Source of the DNA: a virus
Length of the DNA stretch: 64,000 bases
IMG/VR virus record: IMGVR_UViG_3300033064_003457
Location: 1 to 64,000 of that record
Direction: 5' to 3' (one strand)
Part shown: positions 1 to 8,432 of the stretch, piece by piece
How the letters are laid out: every line of letters begins with the position of its first letter
Position numbering within the stretch: position 1 is the stretch's first letter
The notes under the pieces: generated by a model
What the model was told of the DNA's origin: nothing
Databases searched by the model: none
Seen by the model: the letters and a program-made list of their open reading frames with translations, nothing else
Program-made: the position numbers and the translations under genes

Positions 1-148
1 AAAAATAAAAATAAAATATTGATAGCTTTATGTATTCTCTATAGTAACTCTTTAAATCTCTCTCTTCGTTAAAACAATCAACAAACTTAAATTTGTAATA
101 TAAAGGACACTTAATGTATGATATTAATTCGTTTATACTTATTCTCAT
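1..148 (-). CDS. Partial CDS (runs off the left edge), N-terminus of a RecB/AddB/PD-(D/E)xK-like protein
   Basis: Not in the ORF track. ATG at 148 lies just after the primase-helicase stop and translates MRISINELISYIKCPLYYKFKFVD, matching the S-x3-L-x2-Y-x2-CP-x2-Y start typical of this family. The frame is open to the window edge. Confidence 0.55.
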   Translation of the reverse strand, partial: MRISINELISYIKCPLYYKFKFVDCFNEERDLKSYYREYIKLSIFYFYF

Positions 149-151
149 ATT

Positions 152-3100
152 TTAAACTTTTAAAAATGGGTTACCGCCAGCCTCTGGGTGGCGCTTGTCT
201 TGTACCTGCTTAATGGCAGCAGAGTAATCTTTCTTCCACTCTCGGATCTCATCCTCACCACACTCAAAGAAGATAGATCTTTCTGGTACAAATTTATAAT
301 ATAATATATCCTTATACTCGCTTATCTTATTTTTTTGTATATCTATCTCTAACACTGGGCGCCTTACTGGCTCCCCACCTACGGTGTCTGTCCATATAGT
401 ACTGGCCTTATCTCGTGATGCGTGTAGGTCATTATATATCATACCGATAAGATTATTGTCATACTCCATTTGCTTTGACTCAGAAATATCTTGAAGCATA
501 GGTCTTTGATTTTTTGCCCCACCCATAAGCTTCCTAATCTCCATAGTACAGATAGCAGTAAAGTGAAGCTTGTTCTTCATCGAATGTATTCTTGCCGAGG
601 CATGCTTAAATCTTATTCTTTCATCCTTCTGCCGTTCATCTCCAAGCTTATGAAAGTTATCTAAAAAGAATACTATCTCCTTATTCGGATAGTTATCCTT
701 GGCCCAACGTATCCACCCCTCTGCAAAATCAAGTGTATTACCGTGGCTGTTATCTTTAAGGGAAAACTTATTTTGCTCAACAAGTCTTCTCACAGCATCC
801 CACCCTTGCACTAATTTTTTTCTATCCTCATCATTGCTGATGTTTTGAGATGGGTGAGTTATTTGCTTTATTTTTAATCCGCTTTCTATGGCAACTAGTC
901 TTGTCATGGCTTGTTGCCTAGAGTCATCTATTGACATAAAAAGAGTCATTATGTTGTCATTGTGCTTAGATAAGTTCAAGGCCAGGCTAAGCATAAAACC
1001 AGTATTGTGTACGACAATGTCATTTGCTATAAAGTTATTAGTTCTATTGACAACCAAATCGTAACACTGATGAATACCTATTCCTTGAACATCTGTTATC
1101 TCATCAAATGATATGTCTCCATCACAAATGGACTCCAGAAAGTTATCATCTAAATACTCTGCTATTTTTTTAAGTAAATTAGGATTTATATTATTGTTAA
1201 ATGATACATTATATTTTTTTGTTCTTTTTTTATTTCTACTTTTATCATAATATTCTGTATCATTACAAACATTATCTAATAACATGTTCATTGGAATCTT
1301 CTTGTCAGAGCACTTATCTTTTATAACAGACCAAAGTTCCTTAGGAAAATAATTCTTATAAGAATATCTTTTATTATCATAGCATTTATTTTTATTTAAA
1401 TATTTTTTAATTGCATTCGATTTATACTTCAATGGCAAATTAATCTTTTGATTAAATTTTAGTATATTATTATAATCTCCGATAGATATCGTAAACCTAT
1501 CGAAACATTTACCATTGAGTTTAACTTTACCAGAAGATATCTTTGTTTTTATCCCGAGTCTAAGTAGAAGAGAATGTATCTGTTTGATCAGATTATAATT
1601 ACATAACGACAAACCCAACTCTACTCTTTTCCCGTTGTTGTAGAACCAACCATCACAAGCATAAAAAGCGCCAATGAAAGAAGAAATTATATCATTAGTA
1701 CCACTAAATATTTCATCTGGAACAAATTTGTTATGACTATTCCTACCAAGCAATCCATATTGTCTTAAAAAATCTAATGCTGGGTTAACCTTTTGGCCAG
1801 AATACGAAGCATAAAGAGTATTCTTATCATATCTAAAACTAGGAATACCATTAAAAACTTTTCTTACTAAACTCTTGAACAAACCCAATAACTCTTTATC
1901 AGTATTAGAAAAGCCTGCAGCTTTTGTTATTGATCCATCCGATAAAAATAATCCTAAAAGCAATGACTCTTCTTTAGAGATGCTATCTACACCTTCTATA
2001 TCATATCTTTTTGGCACAGCTATTTTATCGCCGACAGTAAGATCCTTAACCATCTTCCAGCCATTAATAGTATAATATGGATGTGTTTCAGAGGATTCGT
2101 CAACCAGCCCACTCGCTGTTTTTACCTTATAACATCGTAATTTACCAGAGTCAACCCAGTCACTTGCCTTTGACTTAACTATCCTGTGGTTATCCATAGT
2201 CATAATATTTGTCAATTTATTTTTACATATATATTCTATAGTTTTGTACGTACCATCGGATAAAAGCACTGGTGTATCAAACTTTTTACATTTGCCAGTA
2301 TTACTATCCCCAGCAAAGGTTATCATTGTGTCTTGTTTAGGAATGCCAGATAGGACGGTATCTAGATTCTCAAAGCCCGTCTTCCACCCCTGAAGCCCTG
2401 GTTTTCGCGAGGAGAACTCATCCTTAATGATATCTATCGATGATAAAACCTCATTAGAAGCGTGAATGTCCTCACCAGCAAGCGATTGAAGTTGTCTTAT
2501 GTCGTCGGCTGCAGCTTCTAATATGTATGTTGGGTTGTCTGGTGTATATTTAATGTCATCAGCGACCTGTTTCAACCTCAACTGTATCTGGTTGTCTTTC
2601 CTGGCGTCTTCTATGTTAATCAATTTATCTATCTGTCTAACTATCGTCTTCAGCCTTATTCCTGTAGACTCTGAAAGCTCTCTGGCCATTAACTCTCTAT
2701 GAATCTCATTTGGATCATTGAGGATTAGTGGTATTAGCTTATCACACACATCTTCTGGCTTAGACTCATAATCAAACCTACTTAATCTCCACTGGAATGG
2801 AGTAAGCAGTGAGAGTTTGTTAAAATTATCAACACCATAAGCGTTAATATAATCATCTGGGTCACTATTATCGTTAGGTAGCTTTAGCACTCTTATTCTT
2901 ATTGTCTCGTCACCCCTAAAGTAATCATCTAGCAGTTTTTGTGTTCTTAGCTGTCCTGGCTCGTCACCGTCAAGGGCTAATATGCAATCAGAAATACCCA
3001 ATCCCCTTAGCAGCCTTATGTGATCCCTGGTTAATGCCGTACCGCCGATAGCACAGATATTAGTCATTCCATACTTATAGGCTGTAACAAAATCAGGATA

Positions 3101-3883
3101 TCCTTCAAATATATATAGTGGTGTTGGGTTTTTAAGTGCAACGTTAAGACCATACAAAATGTTGCTCTTGTTATAAATGGGACACTTAGAGCTAGTATTG
3201 ATAAACTTTAGCTTTTTAGATGTCTTATCGTGAGACATATCCCTTCCAGAAAACCCTACAACCCTGCCCTTCTCGTCAGATATAGAGAATATTAACATTC
3301 TCTCATTGAAAATTGATCTATTTAAATCTATATCTCCTACAAACTTAGCATCAAATCCCCTATGCTCCATCCTAGATAGGAACTCGCTATGGCTACGCAC
3401 AGTACCTATTTTTAGCTCTCTACATAGCGTTACAGGCCATTTCCTGCTACTTATGTACTCTAGGGGTTGATACTCTGATATGATATCTGCTGCCACAGAA
3501 TAAGCACTATGCACTCTTCTAGTGTACATTTCCTCCGGAGTAGCTTCTATGGTGTCATAGTCTATACCGTACTTGTTAGCCAAATATAGAACGTTTCCTT
3601 CTATGAACCCTTCCCCACTTAGTGGTTTTGACTCAAGGAAGTTGGCAGCATCAAATATGTCTGACCCTGCACCACAGGAAAAACAGAAGAACTTTTGTTC
3701 TTTTGTACCCTTAATGAAACTACAATTTCCTAGACGGCGATCATTGTGGTCGGGATGTATGCATAAAAATCCACCACTTCCGTCTATATCTATGTTTCTT
3801 TCCTCAAGATACCTTCTTAGGAAGGGCCTTATCTTAGCCATGAGATCATCTAAATTAGTAATCTTATCTACCATCAGATGCAC
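152..3883 (-). CDS. Fused DnaG-type primase / DnaB-type (SF4) helicase containing an intein
   Basis: N-terminal Zn-binding motif (CIHPDH...CFSC), TOPRIM motifs (FEGYPD, DGDEPG), Walker A GDSNTGK/T split by an intein, FFLDNFH (Walker B-like), and DnaB-like C-terminal motifs RPMLQDISESKQMEYD and IQKNK. Confidence 0.93.
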   Translation of the reverse strand: MHLMVDKITNLDDLMAKIRPFLRRYLEERNIDIDGSGGFLCIHPDHNDRRLGNCSFIKGTKEQKFFCFSCGAGSDIFDAANFLESKPLSGEGFIEGNVLYLANKYGIDYDTIEATPEEMYTRRVHSAYSVAADIISEYQPLEYISSRKWPVTLCRELKIGTVRSHSEFLSRMEHRGFDAKFVGDIDLNRSIFNERMLIFSISDEKGRVVGFSGRDMSHDKTSKKLKFINTSSKCPIYNKSNILYGLNVALKNPTPLYIFEGYPDFVTAYKYGMTNICAIGGTALTRDHIRLLRGLGISDCILALDGDEPGQLRTQKLLDDYFRGDETIRIRVLKLPNDNSDPDDYINAYGVDNFNKLSLLTPFQWRLSRFDYESKPEDVCDKLIPLILNDPNEIHRELMARELSESTGIRLKTIVRQIDKLINIEDARKDNQIQLRLKQVADDIKYTPDNPTYILEAAADDIRQLQSLAGEDIHASNEVLSSIDIIKDEFSSRKPGLQGWKTGFENLDTVLSGIPKQDTMITFAGDSNTGKCKKFDTPVLLSDGTYKTIEYICKNKLTNIMTMDNHRIVKSKASDWVDSGKLRCYKVKTASGLVDESSETHPYYTINGWKMVKDLTVGDKIAVPKRYDIEGVDSISKEESLLLGLFLSDGSITKAAGFSNTDKELLGLFKSLVRKVFNGIPSFRYDKNTLYASYSGQKVNPALDFLRQYGLLGRNSHNKFVPDEIFSGTNDIISSFIGAFYACDGWFYNNGKRVELGLSLCNYNLIKQIHSLLLRLGIKTKISSGKVKLNGKCFDRFTISIGDYNNILKFNQKINLPLKYKSNAIKKYLNKNKCYDNKRYSYKNYFPKELWSVIKDKCSDKKIPMNMLLDNVCNDTEYYDKSRNKKRTKKYNVSFNNNINPNLLKKIAEYLDDNFLESICDGDISFDEITDVQGIGIHQCYDLVVNRTNNFIANDIVVHNTGFMLSLALNLSKHNDNIMTLFMSIDDSRQQAMTRLVAIESGLKIKQITHPSQNISNDEDRKKLVQGWDAVRRLVEQNKFSLKDNSHGNTLDFAEGWIRWAKDNYPNKEIVFFLDNFHKLGDERQKDERIRFKHASARIHSMKNKLHFTAICTMEIRKLMGGAKNQRPMLQDISESKQMEYDNNLIGMIYNDLHASRDKASTIWTDTVGGEPVRRPVLEIDIQKNKISEYKDILYYKFVPERSIFFECGEDEIREWKKDYSAAIKQVQDKRHPEAGGNPFLKV
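1004..2290 (-). mobile_element. Intein (429 aa) with LAGLIDADG homing endonuclease, inserted in helicase Walker A
   Basis: Begins CKKFDTPVLLSDG after GK and ends NNFIANDIVVHN before T. Block B SETHPYY and LAGLIDADG-like motifs LLGLFLSDGS and FIGAFYACDG are present. Removal restores GDSNTGKT. Confidence 0.93.
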
Positions 3884-4085
3884 CTCGCGCTCTTAATACT
3901 GTTAGTTTAAGGTCCTGAGCAACATACTCACTTTCACCAAATAACGCTTTCTGTAACAACATATTGTATGCCTTGATTACCTTGTCTAGGGCTCTAGGGT
4001 CTATATTAAAAGAACCACTCTGTGACACAACAAACCATTCCCGTTCACATCTCATCCAACTATCTTCTTGCACTTCTGCCTCCAT
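3864..4085 (-). CDS. Hypothetical protein (73 aa)
   Basis: First ORF downstream of the minus-strand promoter; overlaps the primase-helicase start. Confidence 0.6.
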   Translation of the reverse strand: MEAEVQEDSWMRCEREWFVVSQSGSFNIDPRALDKVIKAYNMLLQKALFGESEYVAQDLKLTVLRARGASDGR

Positions 4086-4118
4086 TTTTTATTCTATCCA
4101 TTATTTCTACCTGGCTCT

Positions 4119-4147
4119 ATTATACCACATATTTGATCATTCTTCAA
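4119..4147 (-). promoter_or_regulatory. sigma70/SigA-type promoter for the primase-helicase operon
   Basis: Minus strand TTGAAG-N17-TATAAT with an extended -10 (TGGTATAAT). Confidence 0.75.
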
Positions 4148-4178
4148 CTATTTTTTATCTATTTTTTATAAAAAGTTG

Positions 4179-4207
4179 TTGAACATATATTATAAATATG
4201 GTATAAT
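4179..4207 (+). promoter_or_regulatory. sigma70/SigA-type promoter for the Cas4-like nuclease gene
   Basis: TTGAAC-N17-TATAAT with an extended -10 (TGGTATAAT); SD AAGGAG precedes the ATG at 4259. Confidence 0.75.
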
Positions 4208-4258
4208 CACTATGTGGGATCAATTGGACAAAATAATTAACATAACAAAAGGAGAAAA

Positions 4259-5113
4259 ATGGAGTTAATCAAAGCCGTAGACAAGTACCTCGAGAACCCT
4301 CACCTAAAAAGACAAGCAAGAAAAAGAACCGGATGGTATCCATCCCAGGCATCATGTACAGTGACCAATGAATACAATGAAAACGTTGTAGTTGGTGGCT
4401 GTTTAAGAGCCATGTATTGGCAGAGCAAAGGTGTATCAAGGACAAACCCCATGACTGCTAGAGGATACAGGATAACAAGTATCGGCAAAAAAGTAGAAGA
4501 GATAGAAGTGCTAAGATACAAAGAAATGGGAATATGGCGTGGTAACAATATAAAGTTTTTTAATGATAAATATAAAATATCTGGTGAGGCCGATGCTATA
4601 ATTTATGACAAAGTACTCGATGGTGACATCGGAGTAGAAATAAAAACAGGTTATGGTTATAAATTTCAGAAAGAAGTCTTTGGGTCAACATATAGAAAGG
4701 GCAAACCAAAGATAGAACATCTTATGCAAGTTATGCTATATATTGATTATTTTAAACTTTTGTTTAAGATGGTTTATGTAGACAGGGGTAACGCTCAGAG
4801 AGGAGAGTTTGATGTTACACTAAACTCTGATGGAACACCAAACGTAGATGGAAAAAAACTTACTAATGGACTATCATTGCCTGGCATAATACACAGGTTT
4901 GATACTGTAGCTAAATGTCTGGAAGATGGTGTTCTCCCTGAAAGAGATTACCAATTAAAATATAACAAAGATAGATTACAATTTTTATGTGATTCTAATA
5001 GATTGAATAAGAAAGAGAAGGAAGAGTTTTTGAAGAATAAAAATGTTGATTCTGGTGACTGGCAGTGTGCTTATTGTGATTATAAAGATTATTGTTGGAA
5101 GGAGAATAAATGA
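4259..5113 (+). CDS. Cas4-like / RecB-family PD-(D/E)xK exonuclease with a probable Fe-S cluster
   Basis: Motifs GCLRAMYW, ISGEADAI, VEIKT and QVMLY, plus C-terminal CAYCDYKDYC (1+3 Cys arrangement). Confidence 0.8.
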   Translation: MELIKAVDKYLENPHLKRQARKRTGWYPSQASCTVTNEYNENVVVGGCLRAMYWQSKGVSRTNPMTARGYRITSIGKKVEEIEVLRYKEMGIWRGNNIKFFNDKYKISGEADAIIYDKVLDGDIGVEIKTGYGYKFQKEVFGSTYRKGKPKIEHLMQVMLYIDYFKLLFKMVYVDRGNAQRGEFDVTLNSDGTPNVDGKKLTNGLSLPGIIHRFDTVAKCLEDGVLPERDYQLKYNKDRLQFLCDSNRLNKKEKEEFLKNKNVDSGDWQCAYCDYKDYCWKENK

Positions 5114-5331
5114 TTAGAAAGTTATTAGAGCAATGGCTAGTAGTAAAAGTTATTAAGCCTGCATGGGTTTTCTTAGAACCAATAATTGAACTTAGTATAT
5201 ATGTTTCTATAGCCTGCATATTAAGCAACTTACTAAGTATAACGTTCATGCATAGTATTATTATTGTATTTACATATTTTGTTTTGAACTTAACTAGAAC
5301 ATACTTGACTATATTAAGAGATAAAACATAA
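5110..5331 (+). CDS. Small putative membrane protein (73 aa)
   Basis: ATGA overlap with the upstream gene, SD GGAG, two hydrophobic stretches. Confidence 0.5.
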   Translation: MIRKLLEQWLVVKVIKPAWVFLEPIIELSIYVSIACILSNLLSITFMHSIIIVFTYFVLNLTRTYLTILRDKT

Positions 5332-5440
5332 CGTAATGTAACGTAACGTGTTATTCACTAGTTGTTAATAATATAATAGCTAGTGTGTAACATGTAACGT
5401 TAAGTTACGTAACGTTAAGTATATATAGATATATATATAT
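5329..5440. repeat. AT-rich intergenic tract with TAACGT repeats and an (AT)n run between convergent transcription units
   Basis: TAACGT at 5329, 5339, 5344, 5395 and 5410; GTAACGTTAAGT direct repeat at 5394 and 5409; followed by ATATATAGATATATATATAT. Confidence 0.7.
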
Positions 5441-5703
5441 TATAGATTATCTACAACTACTTTTAGCATCCTTAGCTGAGCTTTTATCTTGCTCATGTTT
5501 GACTCTAGAGTAGACACTCGTGTGGTTGTGTCAGCAAGAATCTCTTCCCACCTATAGTACCAGTCGGTAACAGTCTTGTTTGCAACATAACTGTCCAACT
5601 CGGTGTCTACGTCATCTAAAGCGGTAGTCAGGTAATCTATCATATACTCGACATAAGCCCCGCTAGACATTGCCCCAGTAGCTGCTATGATTGGAAGGTC
5701 CAT
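5440..5703 (-). CDS. Small coiled-coil protein, last gene of the structural block
   Basis: SD GGAGAG; heptad-like C-terminus. Confidence 0.6.
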   Translation of the reverse strand: MDLPIIAATGAMSSGAYVEYMIDYLTTALDDVDTELDSYVANKTVTDWYYRWEEILADTTTRVSTLESNMSKIKAQLRMLKVVVDNL

Positions 5704-5711
5704 TTTCTCTC

Positions 5712-6050
5712 CTAAAAATTATCCCTTAATGATTTTTTAATATTAGCTATGTCTTCTTGTAGAGTTTCTATGCTACTCTCATCTGTGTCTAGGCTGGTAG
5801 ACAGTGATTGCAATGTAGTGTTGATAGCCCCTTGCTGGCTATTGATATTAGAGTCTAAACCACACCTAGTCATCTTAGAGTTTATTTTAGACATTCTGTC
5901 AAACACATCTGTAACACCTTGAGATGATGGAAAAGATTTTGTGCCAACGTACTGTACCCCGCTTATTCCATAGAGCGACCCTTCTTCTACTGTGTCTGGG
6001 CTTGGTAGTGTTATGTCACCTAAGTTTGTGCTTATTATTATTACTGCCAT
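5712..6050 (-). CDS. Short paralog of the C-terminus of the 788-aa fibre protein
   Basis: EGSLYGISGVQYVG...SSQGVT...LDSNINS...IETLQEDIANI aligns with EGILYGVSGVQYVG...SSQSVT...LDSRISS...IKQLQLDIADI. Confidence 0.7.
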   Translation of the reverse strand: MAVIIISTNLGDITLPSPDTVEEGSLYGISGVQYVGTKSFPSSQGVTDVFDRMSKINSKMTRCGLDSNINSQQGAINTTLQSLSTSLDTDESSIETLQEDIANIKKSLRDNF

Positions 6051-8416
6051 TAGCTTAACCCCCTAACCTCATCGATAATATCTGCTATATCTAGTTGAAG
6101 CTGTTTTATTTCTTCATCGATAGAATCCAAGTCTACTGCCATTCCACCCAATGTATCGTTGATAGATGTTTGTAAACTCGATATTCTTGAATCCAAAGCA
6201 AGCAAAGAAAAATCTGCGCTTAAATCAGTTAAGGTATTATATAGATTGGTTACGCTTTGTGACGAAGAATAGTCTAGCGATCCTACATACTGGACACCAC
6301 TAACACCATACAGTATGCCTTCCGATACGTTAGTTTGGCCTGGTACAACAAAATTACCTGTTTCTGTATCAAAATTAAAAGACACATTGTCTATTACATC
6401 ATTTATTGATGGATAGTCGCAAGAAGCTGAGTATGTGCCGGTAAATTCTGTACCATCAGCGCCGTAGGATGTCCCAATCTTTACGTTTGCCTCTCCAGGT
6501 TCGGTAAAATTTCCAGTATACTCACTACCGTTGCCATAGGTAACACCGCTCTGCACATCATCTTCAGACGGCGAAGTAAACGTGCCAGAATATGTTCCAC
6601 TAGCGAATGTTATGCCGTCCTGGACATCACCAGCACTAGGGTAGTCCGCATCAAACGCACCAGTAAACTCGCTTGCGTTACCATATGTTTCCCCTGATTT
6701 AACCGATGCCTCGTCTGGTACTACAAAGGTTCCGTTAAGCTCAATGCTCCCAGAGCCATAAGCCACCCCATATTCTACGTCACCGACTGACGCTGGCGAC
6801 AACTCTCCAACCCTACTTTCCTCACTGAAAACAGTTCCTTCCCTAACGTCGCCAGAATAAGGATAGAGCCCATCTATCCCTGCACATATTGTAGGAAAAC
6901 CTCCTTCCCACATGCAAAAATTTCCTCCACAAGTGTCCTTTCCAACAACAGATAGGTCTTCCATGTATACATACCCTGTTGTCCCTCTAGCCTCAACCCA
7001 TAGCTCAGCAGCTCCAGATTGTGATATGTTGTAGGATGGTACAGATACTGAAAACTCTTCATAGTCAGTAGAGGCATCTATGGCACTATAACTACAGGCT
7101 GGATTTCCAAGAAAGTATACAATAGCCCTAATATCACCATTAAAATCAGCTGTTTTTTTAATATAAAATTTTACTTCTAATGAAGTACCATTTACTACCT
7201 GTATTGGCAGCTTCATTCTTATGTATTCTGAGGCGCTTGTTGGCTCAAATCTAGCCGATTGCCCACTCCTAGATTCATCTCCAGTGTAATGACGCAATAT
7301 TCCATGCCTATACAGGGCCATGTCGTTTCCCGCAGTATTAACGCCTTGACAAGTAATAAGCGGGTCTGGTGAATTATGTGAAGAGTAAAATGTAACATTA
7401 GGGTCGCCACCAGCTGATGTTGTGATACCCTCTATTACCAAGCAAGACAATGACCGATAATAAATATCTATATCACAGTTTACCATAGTTATATTTTGTA
7501 AGTACGGCAATGTTCCAGCTACGTATATTGGCGTAGGCGATCTCATTATCGTTGCGTTAACAGCTCTGTTTGATCCACAATCATAGGCGGTACTTATAGC
7601 AATTGAATCAGTAAAGCTATTCATTGTATCAATCACAACATTACCAGTTGACCGATATAGCCTTATTCCGCTATCGTTGAGGTAGCACTGTGAAGTTTCA
7701 TAGTTTGATATTGTGATGTCTGTTACGGTGTCACAGTAAAAGTTAGAATCACCGCTAGCCAGTGAAGAAATATTAGTAAAGCTACTTCCAGTTGCAGTCC
7801 TGAAATATATCCCATTCAAATATCTGCAAAAACCAATATCTCGTAAGTGGATATAACTATCTCCACCAGTATACATTTGTATGCCATAACCATACTTGTT
7901 TGCACCGCTCTGGAAAAACCATGTCTCACCATCCTGCGCTTCGTTTGTTAGGTTCCATCCCCCAGAAATAACCAATAGGCTTTGTAGCGATGTCCCGTCG
8001 CTTGCTGGCTGCTGTACTATTTCAGCTCCAGTGGCGGCAGTCCCTGTATCAGTAACGCCAAGTTTATAGGCTGAGGTTGTCTCACTGGTTCCAGCGTATA
8101 TAGCCGCTAACGTTATTGTGTCTGATGTTATCGATTCTATTTCCCACCACGTCTCTGAGCTAATGTTTTTACCCACAAAATCCTTAGAAGATAGGACTCC
8201 AGTGAGATCTTGTGCTGTAGTTATTGATGTAGTACCGTCAGTAAATGTGAGATTGCCAGATAGCAGGGTGTGAGCTGGGCTCTTGGCGCACCTAACTTCA
8301 TCGCCACCAGCAAGACCAGTGGATGCCTTATATATGTTTTTATATGGGTTACCAGCAGATCCGTCTCCTGTGTCATCGTTGCCAGAGGTAAAATCGCAGT
8401 AATTGATTGTGGCCAT
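6050..8416 (-). CDS. Putative tail fibre/spike or surface protein with a beta-helix-like region, internal repeats and a C-terminal coiled coil
   Basis: N-terminal GNDDTGDGSAGNPYKNI motif typical of beta-helix proteins; S/T/G/N-rich; about 8 repeats of P-x3-(D/N)V-x2-G-x2-(Y/F)G...(F/Y)TG. Confidence 0.6.
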   Translation of the reverse strand: MATINYCDFTSGNDDTGDGSAGNPYKNIYKASTGLAGGDEVRCAKSPAHTLLSGNLTFTDGTTSITTAQDLTGVLSSKDFVGKNISSETWWEIESITSDTITLAAIYAGTSETTSAYKLGVTDTGTAATGAEIVQQPASDGTSLQSLLVISGGWNLTNEAQDGETWFFQSGANKYGYGIQMYTGGDSYIHLRDIGFCRYLNGIYFRTATGSSFTNISSLASGDSNFYCDTVTDITISNYETSQCYLNDSGIRLYRSTGNVVIDTMNSFTDSIAISTAYDCGSNRAVNATIMRSPTPIYVAGTLPYLQNITMVNCDIDIYYRSLSCLVIEGITTSAGGDPNVTFYSSHNSPDPLITCQGVNTAGNDMALYRHGILRHYTGDESRSGQSARFEPTSASEYIRMKLPIQVVNGTSLEVKFYIKKTADFNGDIRAIVYFLGNPACSYSAIDASTDYEEFSVSVPSYNISQSGAAELWVEARGTTGYVYMEDLSVVGKDTCGGNFCMWEGGFPTICAGIDGLYPYSGDVREGTVFSEESRVGELSPASVGDVEYGVAYGSGSIELNGTFVVPDEASVKSGETYGNASEFTGAFDADYPSAGDVQDGITFASGTYSGTFTSPSEDDVQSGVTYGNGSEYTGNFTEPGEANVKIGTSYGADGTEFTGTYSASCDYPSINDVIDNVSFNFDTETGNFVVPGQTNVSEGILYGVSGVQYVGSLDYSSSQSVTNLYNTLTDLSADFSLLALDSRISSLQTSINDTLGGMAVDLDSIDEEIKQLQLDIADIIDEVRGLS

Positions 8417-8432
8417 TAATGTCTCCCGCTAT

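Noticed and set aside
4259-5440. CRISPR-Cas locus suggested by the Cas4-like gene and nearby repeats
   Set aside because: The repeats are 6-12 bp without unique spacers, and there is no cas1, cas2 or effector gene.
5712-6350. Diversity-generating retroelement template/variable repeat pair
   Set aside because: The similarity is protein-level and diverged, not adenine-specific, and no reverse transcriptase is in the window.
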